From contig NOWV01000205.1 in assembly GCA_003344405.1 (NCBI GenBank), forward strand, positions 109,749 to 129,748: a DNA stretch of 20,000 nt, given 5' to 3'. Both the position numbers and the translations under genes were made by a program. Each line of letters begins with the position of its first letter. Position 1 is the first letter of the stretch. Source of the stretch: Trichoplax sp. H2 (taxonomy: Eukaryota). Below the pieces are notes generated by a model that worked only from the letters and a program-made list of their open reading frames with translations, did no database searches and was not told the origin of the DNA. Shown in pieces: positions 1-9,322 of this stretch.

Positions 1-1029
1 GGTGGTAAGTTAATTAATTGTGCGCATATAATAGCTCAAGTAAGCATTAGGGTGAAAAAGCTATTTCAGCCTTAAGCTTTGATGTTATTGCAGTAGCATA
101 AAGATGATATTATCTTAGCATCGGTAGACATTTATGTAGCTTATTACAGTTCAGTTATGACATTATTACTTGACATTTTTTTCAATAAGATTCTATTAGA
201 AATTGTTTCTGGATTGCCTAGTTTAAGACCATTACCTGATTTTCACTTCTTGGTAAGTATTGAAGGATCAAATGTGTCGCGTTTATACAAATTTAAACAT
301 GATAATGCCATTACAATATTTTAGTGGTTGAATATTAAAGCCACATGTCCTATGTATAGCCTTCGACGATTTCAATTGTATCACTAATAACGATGAGTAT
401 GATTCTCTGTAATGTTAATCTGCAGTATCGATGGCATTACTTGTAAATGGTTACCACTGATTAGTTTTAGAGATGATCAAGTTCTTTTAAAAACTGGATA
501 ATTTATCTTGACCTATTACAGAGAGATTATTACAGTCACTGTAAAAATGCAAATAGTAAACTTTCACAAGATCACAAGATATTTTGGCCAAGAAATACAC
601 CGAAGAAGATTCTCAGAATTAGCAATCATTGCCTACGTCAAGATAATGCGAAACGACCATCAATCAATCAGGTACTACCGTAGTGATCTACTGTTTAAGT
701 AGCAATTTTCAAATACCTTGAAAGCAAATAGCGTTCTTAATTAGCTGCAAGTTTAAGAAATCTTACACTATCAAATTTGGCTGTACTAAAGCTATTACTT
801 ACATTAGAGTCGGTGAAGAGTTCTTATATAATATGAGGGTTCTAGAACATCTGCAGATGATTATTAACCTTCCCCTTAGTACAAAAGCGTTTTTAGCCTA
901 TATGATCAACTGGATTAAAAAGCTAATTTTATACTCAGCATTTCTTTTCTTAATATTTCAATCTTCTAGGTGAAAATATCGCTAATATCGCTTTTACCGG
1001 ATCAAATGAAAGAGCAGTTGAATACTTAA
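1..1029 (+). CDS. 3' end of a protein kinase, IRAK/Pelle-like (subdomains IX-XI); exons <1-4, 190-252, 522-671, 970-1029
   Basis: GT-AG phase-0 splicing gives ..V|ILLEIVSGLPSLRPLPDFHFL|RDYYSHCKNANSKLSQDHKIFWPRNTPKKILRISNHCLRQDNAKRPSINQ|VKISLISLLPDQMKEQLNT*. This fits the kinase C-lobe pattern LLEIxxGLP...WP...CL...RP.I.QV typical of IRAK/Pelle/RLK. AATAAA at 1216-1221. The catalytic motifs lie outside the window. Confidence 0.7.
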
Positions 1030-1326
1030 TTTCAATTCTGTGATATACTCATATTACAGCCGGTAGTATCTGTCCAACATAAGCACAAATTTAATCTCCT
1101 CAAATGCAAAAAAATAACCATGTTTATTTCAATATATAGCAAAAATTTTATATACTGTGTAAAATATCATATTTTTAGGACATAACGGATGCATATATAG
1201 ACATATTTGCTTTAAAATAAAAATAACTAAATTATTGTTTGAGCATGAATAGTTATTATTATAAGCATATATTATTACTTTACTGTATATACCTCTTGTT
1301 ACTGTAATCTTACTTTGAAGCCTACC

Positions 1327-2354
1327 AGTTACAGCTACGTTTTAGGTTATAATTGCAGGCAAACCCTTATTTTCTCAGTATGCTGTATGATGATTACAGT
1401 AATGTCACACTATAACATATAAAATTTAGTACATGCATTAATATGAGACATTATGCAGTACTGTAGTATAAAACTATAGGTTAGTTCCAGCTACGTTTTA
1501 CGTTTTAGTTAATGAGTTGCTGGGAATCTCTTATTTTCTTTCAGTGTGCTGTATGATTATTGCAGTATTGTCATACTGTAACATGCAAAATTTAGTATAT
1601 AACATGCATTAATATGAAATATTATGCAGTACTGTAGTATAAAACTATACGAATAGCTGAATTGATAAGCCAAAATAGTTCCAGTTACATTTTAGGTCAT
1701 GAGCTGCTAGCAGTCTCTTATTTTCTTTCAGTGTGCAGTATGATTATTGCAGTCCTGTCATACACTCATACTGTAACATGCAAAATTTAGTACATGCATT
1801 AATTAATGTGAAATAGTAGGCAGTACTTTAGTATAATTGATCAAGCAGAATACTGTAGTTACAGCTACAGCTACGTTTTAGGTCATGAGCTGCTGGCAGT
1901 CTCTTATTTTCTTTCAGTGTGCAGTATGATTATTGCAGTCCTGTCACACACTCATACTGTAACATGCAAAATTTAGTACATGCATTAATTAATGTGAAAT
2001 ATTAGGTAGTACTTTAGTATAACTGATCAAGCAGAATAATGTAGTTACAGCTACAGCTACGTTTTAGGTCATAAGCTGCTGGCAGTCTCTTATTTTCTTT
2101 CAGTGTACAGTATGATTATTGCAGTCCTGTCATACACTCATAACTGTAACATGCAAAATTTAGTACCTGCATTAATTAATGTGAAATATTAGGCAGTACT
2201 TTAGTATAACTGATCAAGCAGAATAATGTAGCTACAGCTACAGCTACGTTTTAGGTCATGAGCTGCTGGCAGCCCCCTTATTTTCTTTCAGTGTGATGTA
2301 CAGTATGATTATTTCAGAACAGTACTGCTATATTTTAATTAACATGCAAAATTT
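1327..2354. repeat. Tandem repeat, about 5.6 copies of a 156-194 bp unit
   Basis: Units start near 1327, 1483, 1677, 1857, 2043 and 2230. They share cagctacgttttaggt...cttattttctttcagtg...aacatgcaaaatttagta. Confidence 0.95.
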
Positions 2355-2399
2355 TGCTCGGGCTCAACTTGTGCTCAACTATTGCGATTTCTCAGAACA

Positions 2400-2595
2400 C
2401 AACAGTACGGCACGGTACGGTATGAATACAGCATTACGGTCTTTTGTACAGTGTACAGTGTACTGTACTGTAGCAGTTCATGACTGTACTGACCACTACA
2501 GAATAGTACCGTACACACAGTACAGTACTGTACTGTACAGTACTGTACTGTGTGATTGCTGTCACCTCTCTTCCCCTTTTAGTTAGTACTGTAGT
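2400..2595. repeat. ACAGT/ACTGT-type satellite tract
   Basis: Runs such as cagtacagtactgtactgtacagtactgtactgt. Confidence 0.85.
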
Positions 2596-2640
2596 TTCTG
2601 CTGGTACTTTGCACGTGTATTGTAGTCTACGATATAGTAA

Positions 2641-2876
2641 AGCCTGTGTGAGAAAATAATGTCACCCGTGACCATGATTTCATAGGTTAGGCAAGCCGCT
2701 GGGCGCGACATCATTTTTATCGATTTGTTTCATAATGGAAAGTAGATTACTATTCGTTCATTAGGTCATCGCTGATACAATTAGACTACATCGCTAGCAA
2801 AAATGATGTCACTGTTGGTTTAGAACCCTTAAGTACCAAATCATCGCCATGGGTGACATCATTTCTTGTGCAAGTT
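2641..2876. repeat. Fold-back (nested inverted repeat) element, MITE-like or structured RNA
   Basis: Imperfect ~40-bp inverted arms at 2641-2680 and 2838-2876, plus a perfect inner 12-bp inverted repeat, gacatcattttt (2707-2718) / aaaaatgatgtc (2799-2810). No clear target-site duplication. Confidence 0.7.
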
Positions 2877-3472
2877 GGACCAGCAGTTGCTGTTCATAGC
2901 TGAGCGAGCGGTAGGTTGCAGAGCGATGCAGAATGCAAGAATAAGCTTAATGAATCGAGTTGCAGTGATAAATTGGCAACATCAATAGTGCAGCTACTTC
3001 AAGATTGATGCTTTCGATCGCCTTAACACTGGTAAAATACTGCCTCCTCCAGAAATTGACTAGCTCCAGCAATCTGAGCTGATTTTGACGAAATACTAGA
3101 TATACGTAACATTACTAGAAGCATTGATTTGCAATTGAGTATCCCTTGGCAAGATAACTTTGCACTTTTATCTAAACGATTGACTAAGGGAAAAGAATTA
3201 TCAACTGTACGCGTATCACGACGCATACAGTATAATATAGACAGTATACAGTATTTATTATTTTGTCTAAAGATTGGTCGACATACTGGAATGACAAGTT
3301 ATTGTTTAATGATTGCGTAATGGATTCAATAGCAATGGAATACCGTAGTCGATAGTCGATACAACTTGCAATAGAATTGGTTTATGATAACCTGGGAAAT
3401 CTTGCTTCTCTAAAAAGATTATCAACATTGACGGACGATAGACGCCTTTACTATAGTTGGCCAAGTTGCGAT

Positions 3473-4405
3473 ATGGCTCCAAAGAGTTTTGCAAATGAAA
3501 TTATGAAAACAACACTTGGATACTTTCAACGTAGACCGGCAACTTGGAAGAATACCGTTGGCATTAGTCGTTCGCCTTATTGCATGCCATTTCATTCACT
3601 TCGATTTAGCAGTAGCGATTTAAGTCACAATGAATTGCTAGAACGTTTCAATATGTTTAACAAGCAACAATTGCTAAACATGAAGGGAATCGGCCAGCTA
3701 AAAGCAAACCTTATTATTAATTATAGAACATCCAATGGTTCATTTAGTAGCTTAGATCAACTTCAACAACTGAGAGGATTTTCATCAAAATTAATTGATA
3801 GATTACTCAAAAGCGAAAATCATTTATCGATTCGAAGGTACCCACCATTAATTGATCAAGATCTGCGTAAAAGTATACAAAGCATTGTTTCTATCGATCT
3901 AGGATTTAAAAATTTTGCTTATGTCCATATAAATAGAGAATTAACTCTGCTAGATTGGCGTAAATTAAGCTTCCCAACAATGACTAGCAATAGCTTGCAA
4001 ACTACTTACGAAAATGTAATCGGTATTCGTCGGACCCTGCCTGCTGCTGATGTTTATGTAATCGAACAAGCAAGTGCGATTCCCCATCACGGCGCTTCCT
4101 TTAATACTGGGATACCTCTCAGAATATTGGAAGCGTTCCTTTATTGTGTATTGCAGCCTAACAAGGTTGTATCAATGAATGCTAAGACTGTCCAATCCTA
4201 TTTTAATTTATCAAAAGGTCCCCAAAAGAAGACTGATGCTATAAATAAGGTTCTTGAGTTAATGAATGGAAAGTCAAAATATCATAACGTTACATTTACA
4301 AATCAACAAATTTCTGAATTTACAAGCATTACAAAAAAGGATGACCTGAGTGATTGCCTATTACAAGCTCTGACCTTCTATGACAAAGAAGTATTTGATT
4401 TTTAA
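3473..4405 (+). CDS. TEFM: Mitochondrial transcription elongation factor TEFM / Ydc2-Cce1 resolvase-fold protein, intronless CDS
   Basis: The first in-frame ATG is at 3473; ATG 3503 is an alternative that opens an R/S/T-rich, acid-free presequence-like segment. Next come tandem HhH motifs (MKGIGQLKA, LRGFSSKLI) and a RuvC-like domain (SIVSIDLGFKNFAYVH, LTLLDW, LPAADVYVIEQ, LEAFLY, KKDDLSDCLLQALTFY) matching TEFM architecture. AATAAA at 4878-4883. Confidence 0.9.
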   Translation: MAPKSFANEIMKTTLGYFQRRPATWKNTVGISRSPYCMPFHSLRFSSSDLSHNELLERFNMFNKQQLLNMKGIGQLKANLIINYRTSNGSFSSLDQLQQLRGFSSKLIDRLLKSENHLSIRRYPPLIDQDLRKSIQSIVSIDLGFKNFAYVHINRELTLLDWRKLSFPTMTSNSLQTTYENVIGIRRTLPAADVYVIEQASAIPHHGASFNTGIPLRILEAFLYCVLQPNKVVSMNAKTVQSYFNLSKGPQKKTDAINKVLELMNGKSKYHNVTFTNQQISEFTSITKKDDLSDCLLQALTFYDKEVFDF

Positions 4406-5713
4406 ACAATTAAGAGTTAGCAAATACCAAGTAATGAATCAACATGATAGCAGCTTCGTCTAAAATAGCCGTAGCTATAAGAATCAAGTTAATAGGCATA
4501 CTTCCAGTATAATTTTCTATAATTTAGGAATATTACATCATTAAAATTTGCACTTTTTAGCAGAGCATCCAATTGTAGTGCATAACTATAGGTAGAAGTA
4601 ACGCCTTAGCTAGGAAGGCATGGAGATTTCTATAGATGGATATAATTATATCTGTTGAATTTTCAATTGTATTCTCGTTTGAATATGAGTCACACAATCA
4701 GTTATCTACTTTGTCCTACAACTTTAGAATATTGCGCTTGTTGCAAGTATTCTCGAACAGAAAAGAAGTTAATGTACGATATATTTGTGTTATTCTCAAT
4801 GGCCAACTTCGGTACATCTTTAAATTACATATTCGCTGTACAATGGAAGAATTGTTTTATATTTTAAGGAAATGAATAATAAATTAGTCACTATCCTATT
4901 TTTAATTTATTAAATTGTGATTATTGATTTTCTCTAAATTGACTTTTGATGCTTCAGCTTAGTAACTGTCTTTAGTAATTTAGTAATAGCAGTTCTAGTA
5001 ATGCCCGATAATGCTATGATGGGCTAATTGATGAAATGTCAATGCTGCTGATGACGACTACTCCAAAGCTAACCTATCGCCAATAATTTGTAATTTGTAA
5101 AAGACGTGCTTACTCAACAAAGTATTGTGATCATCAATCATTAATGAATTACTTTTAGTACGTGACCATTTTGTTACTATAAACAATCAACATCCAAACT
5201 TCGAAGCTAGAAACCAATAACTTTCTTAGAAGTATATTCTTGGAATCAATTTTAAAAAATGATTATTTTATTGAATAATAATTATTATAATAGTTTTATT
5301 TACAGCATGCTTACAATATTTTCGTAAGAGATAACTCATTTAAATAATCAGGCAGTTATTTATACTTAATTTGAGTTGAGCAAGGTCTGCAATATTCGAG
5401 CTGGTTACTTCCGTAATGATAGTATTCTAAATGATATACGTGTAGTTCTCTACTAACGATCCAATTGATGGAGGGCTTATAAAGAAAGAATGATGGAAAG
5501 TATCATTGCAGGATAACGGCCGCCGTTGCATTGTAATCTCTCTGCTTTCAAAAACATTACACTGATACTTCAAATGACCGAATTGTATACTTGAATAGGA
5601 TTAAAAGAATTATATTCTTCGCCAACTATTTCTTCATGCGTGCGTATACACCAATTCTTCAGATTTTCGTCTAAAGGCATATTCAGTAGACGGTGCAATT
5701 ACAGACGTGGTAT

Positions 5714-7045
5714 CTAAGTTTGATTCTTAGTTTCATCTTTAAATCCAAGATTCTTAAAGTCTTCCTTAGCCATTAATTGCCTTCATAACCGATATATAAT
5801 AAAGTATATGCATCACCGTTAGACAAGAGATAATTTGATACACAACATTATGAACTTCCCAGGCTATTGCCAGTGTAACATGATCAAGGTGCATTATTTT
5901 ACTAAGAAATTGTATGCAGCATTAGTGATTGAATTGATCTTACCTATCCATTCTACATTGTAAATATTCTTTAGCTTCCTTACGGCAATCGCTTTGCTCA
6001 TAGTTACTCTTTTCTAAGCATTGCATGTAGGTCTTCATAAAAGTCTTACATTCACCTAATTTGATGTCAAGGCTTCAACTTAGTAATTTAAATGATCCTT
6101 ATTATCTGTATAAGATAGGGATTAAATAAGATCGATCAAGAGTGAATGGATATCATTATGTTATCATAATCAGTTTACATCATCGCATGTATGCGTCTTA
6201 TACTTGGCTGAGGATAAAATAAAATGAACGATTATAACATCTGCTTTCATAATATCCATTTGCAAGTAGTATAAGGTTCTATATCAATCCATCCTCTTGG
6301 CTGACTGCGCTCGATTGCTATCAAGCTTGATCACACCATTGCTATGAATGCTAACTCCATTACTGCTATTCAGTTTACTTAAGCTGGTGTAGCCATGCTA
6401 CACTAGAGACCCTCTATGTGCTACATACTCCACGGTGGTATAACAATGTACAAGAATGTGTTGGTAATTAATTTTCTGCCTAGTGCATATATAGTACAAT
6501 TATACATGCATGCAAACATTGCACAACACGTTACCGATACTCGTACTACATCGCATTATCTGCCACCCATATTGGCTGATGATAATTGTTAGACCACCGG
6601 TGAATTATTGCAGATTGCAGACTAGATTGTTTTTGACTGATGGTTAGAAATGAATACAAAAAATAATCAATGATCCATGTCATGCAGGCATGTATCTTCA
6701 GCACGCTGTATCAGTTCAGCAGTGGCATGAAAATTTCATTTTCTTCCTTTTTATCCATGCAGAAGTCAGCCAATGATATAGTAAGTACAGTGATTGAAAG
6801 GCTTCAGTTTGGAATTGAATACACATACATTGGTCAAAGTACAGTTAATGTGCAACATTCTTGCATACCATCGTGATCTAAAGGGAAACTTCCTTTGTCA
6901 GGAGGTGTAGGAGAAAATCTTCTGCTGCTGTAATTCATTGGTGCTTGTGCGTCATCACCATTAGCGGTCAGTCGAACATTGGCTTACAGTCCTTTTTTTG
7001 CAGCTTTCATACCGATTCCAAGATCCCAACCGACTTACAGTGCAT
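5714..7045 (-). CDS. COX19: Cytochrome c oxidase assembly protein COX19 (twin CX9C); exons 7045-7039 (tentative), 6943-6869, 6055-5944, 5780-5714
   Basis: Spliced product: [86 protein letters not shown] (86 aa). It has the [11 protein letters not shown] signature and two CX9C motifs. If the 7-nt first coding exon is wrong, the start is ATG 6938 (82 aa). Minus-strand AATAAA at 5295-5300. Confidence 0.95.
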
Positions 7046-7215
7046 TGTACATTGTACTGTACACTGTACACTGTACTGTACAGTACAGTACAGTAGGCCC
7101 AGCCATAATAACCCGATTACTCAAGATACTCAGCGTAAATAGCTTAAACGATGATGCATTATTTTAAGAGTCTGTACCTCAAATTTCATGCGATTATTCA
7201 AAGAGTACAGTACAG

Positions 7216-8265
7216 TACTACTGTCGTGGACGACACCATACAGTATCATCCGATATCCTATCAGACATGTTCAGAGTACATCCAGTATATCTATACTGTA
7301 ACTGTCCTTTTCTGCGCTGAATACGCGGTAAAAGAAAATGTCTCGGACTGCAACGGTAGATAGCACGGTTTGGAGTGTACACTGTACAGTACATTGTACT
7401 GTAACGATAGATAGCACAGTTTGGAGTGTACTGTACAATGTACCCTACTTTACTGTACATTGTACTGTACAGTGCTACTGGCATGGACGATGATATGTCT
7501 TACAGTATTTCTATATATGTATTTTGTAATGCTACGCTTAAGATGGATGGATGATAACTGCGTTATTATCTACAGTCCATATTGATAGTTAACTCACGCT
7601 GTATAATTATAGAATCAATATTCGTGACTAATTTACAATTTACAAGTATGCCTAATTCTAGATATGGATATCATAAACTATGTATTGTACAACGTTACAC
7701 TGTAAGTGTTGACGGCGCACATATAAAAGCCGTTGTAATTATCAATAAACGAATGAGTGGTAGTAAGTACTTAGCTTTGTCAGTATTCGAAAACTAGTCA
7801 GAGTGATCCGAACTTTACATACGGTTGGAGTATCAACTCTAGTTAGTTCATACACAATAGACGACACCATACTGTACTGTACAGTATCATCCGATATCCT
7901 ATCAGACATGTTCAGAGTACTGTACATCCAATATATCTATACTGTAACTGTCCGTTTCTGCACTGAATACGCGGTAAAAGAAAATGTCTCGGACTAAAAC
8001 GGTAGATAGCACAGTTTGGAGTGTACAATGTACAGTACAGTGTACTGTACACTACTGTACACTGTACTGTACACTGTACAGTGCTACTGTCATGGACGAC
8101 GCCATACTGTACGGTATCATCCCATATCCTATCAGTCATGTTCAGAGGTACGTACTGTACAGTATATCTATACTGTAACTGTCCTTCACTGCGCTGAATA
8201 CGCGGTAAAAGAGAATGTCTAGGACTGAAACGGTAGATAGCACAGTTTGGAGTGTACAGTACACA
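7216..8265. repeat. Three copies of a ~235-255 bp repeat (complex core embedded in ACAGT satellite)
   Basis: The core gacgac(a/g)ccatac...tatcctatcag...gaatacgcggtaaaag...cggtagatagcac(a/g)gtttggagtgtac recurs at about 7229, 7860 and 8095. Confidence 0.95.
7491..7859. mobile_element. Putative 369-bp insertion flanked by 5-bp direct repeats (solo-LTR-like or other)
   Basis: It splits repeat copy 2 at GACGA (7486-7490 and 7860-7864). The equivalent site is intact in copy 3 (8081-8107). It begins with TG, contains AATAAA at 7744-7749, and ends in TA rather than CA. Confidence 0.45.
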
Positions 8266-8312
8266 GTACGCTATTTGTGTGTACTGTACAAAACTGTACT
8301 GTAGTATCAATA

Positions 8313-8363
8313 CGATTTAATTTAAGTTAATCGATTAATTAATTAATTAACTTAATTGAATCG
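8313..8363. repeat. AT-rich palindrome / TAATTA cluster
   Basis: Perfect 10-bp inverted arms ttaagttaat / attaacttaa around (ttaa)n, closed by cgatt / aatcg. Confidence 0.7.
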
Positions 8364-9035
8364 ATTAATTACGATTGTTCGTTGTGAATACAGTACTGTA
8401 CCGTGTGTCCGTGTTACAGTAGTGTACGTACTGTACTGTACACCCGTACACCCTTTACAAGTCAGTTGTCACTCCCTGAGAGTACAGTACACAGTGTACA
8501 GTATACTGTACTGTACACTGTGTGTCGAGTACTGTACTGTGTACACAGTCAGGGACTTACTCAACCCCAAATTCTCACTCAAAAGCCGTAACATAAAAAT
8601 TTTGCCGCTATAGGATCAATTCTATTTGACTGCAATCAATCCCATTTCCCTTTCCAAATAGCCATAATCTCTTTTACTAGTGTCATGTACTCAAAGGCTA
8701 CTAAAATCTATCTTAGTCTACAGTTGGTTTAGCAGTGGGCGCTTGCGCTATCATCTTGCATAAACCCTGCTATGCGAGTAGCGCCCTGTACAGTGTACAG
8801 TGTACAGTGTACAGTACACTGAGTACAGTATAGCGTACTGTACTGGTCAATGGTCATATGGTCCGAAACGTATAATAAGAAAACCAACCTTACCAAACAG
8901 TCCTTGCGACACACTACTTAGTATGCTGCTCAGCGCCACATGATCTACCACCAAGTCGCTTACATGTTGCCGCTGAAATCGCGCAGTCGCATAAGAGTCT
9001 GCCACAGGGAAGAAAAACCTTGTGGTTTTCTATCA

Positions 9036-9069
9036 TCTTTCTCTTTTTCCTAGCATCCATGTACAGGAG
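9036..9069 (+). promoter_or_regulatory. Probable TCT/5'TOP transcription start and non-coding first exon of RPS15A
   Basis: Pyrimidine run tctttctctttttcc (9036-9050), a strong donor AG|GTAAGA at 9070, and an acceptor at 9316, six nt before the ATG. This is the usual layout of animal ribosomal protein genes. The run plus TAG could instead be read as a 3' splice site. Confidence 0.65.
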
Positions 9070-9322
9070 GTAAGAGACCTTAACCATAAAGCTTTAATCT
9101 CCAACATCCTTGACCAATTCTGTGTTAATGTTAATTTTTAGGCTACATTTTGTTCAGTGCTTACCCTTGATGTAGTTATTTTGTAGTTTTCGACTAGAAT
9201 TGATCGTAAAATAGTAATATTTTTAATTTTACAATACGCGTGGTAAAGATGGCTGACTTGATTATTCTATGCTCTTCTCGTTTGGAAGCTAATTGCTCGC
9301 TTGATTACCCTTGTAGATCAAA

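Noticed and set aside
326..387. WLNIKATCPM after a TTTTAG, resembling the end of a RING-H2 finger
   Set aside because: It lacks the final Cys and the upstream metal ligands, and it lies inside the kinase intron. The 252^522 splice gives a far more coherent protein.
508..702. 64-aa ORF from the track
   Set aside because: Wrong frame; it overlaps the true kinase exon 522-671.
1327..2354. CRISPR-like or coding-repeat interpretation of the tandem array
   Set aside because: There are no unique spacers, no cas genes and no maintained reading frame, and the context is eukaryotic.
3377..3472. TTG start and N-terminal extension of TEFM in the ORF track
   Set aside because: Eukaryotic gene; ATG 3473 or 3503 is more plausible, and the latter exposes a presequence-like N-terminus.
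3023..3494. Short ORFs upstream of TEFM as a possible ADAP or other divergent gene
   Set aside because: No ArfGAP zinc-finger or PH motifs and no coherent exon chain.
3600..3820. Bacterial ComEA / horizontal transfer reading of the intronless HhH gene
   Set aside because: HhH plus resolvase fold with a presequence is the standard TEFM architecture, and base composition matches neighbouring genes.
6945..8914. Many overlapping Y/C/T/V-rich ORFs
   Set aside because: They are translations of the ACAGT satellite and the 240-bp repeat, with no domain signal.
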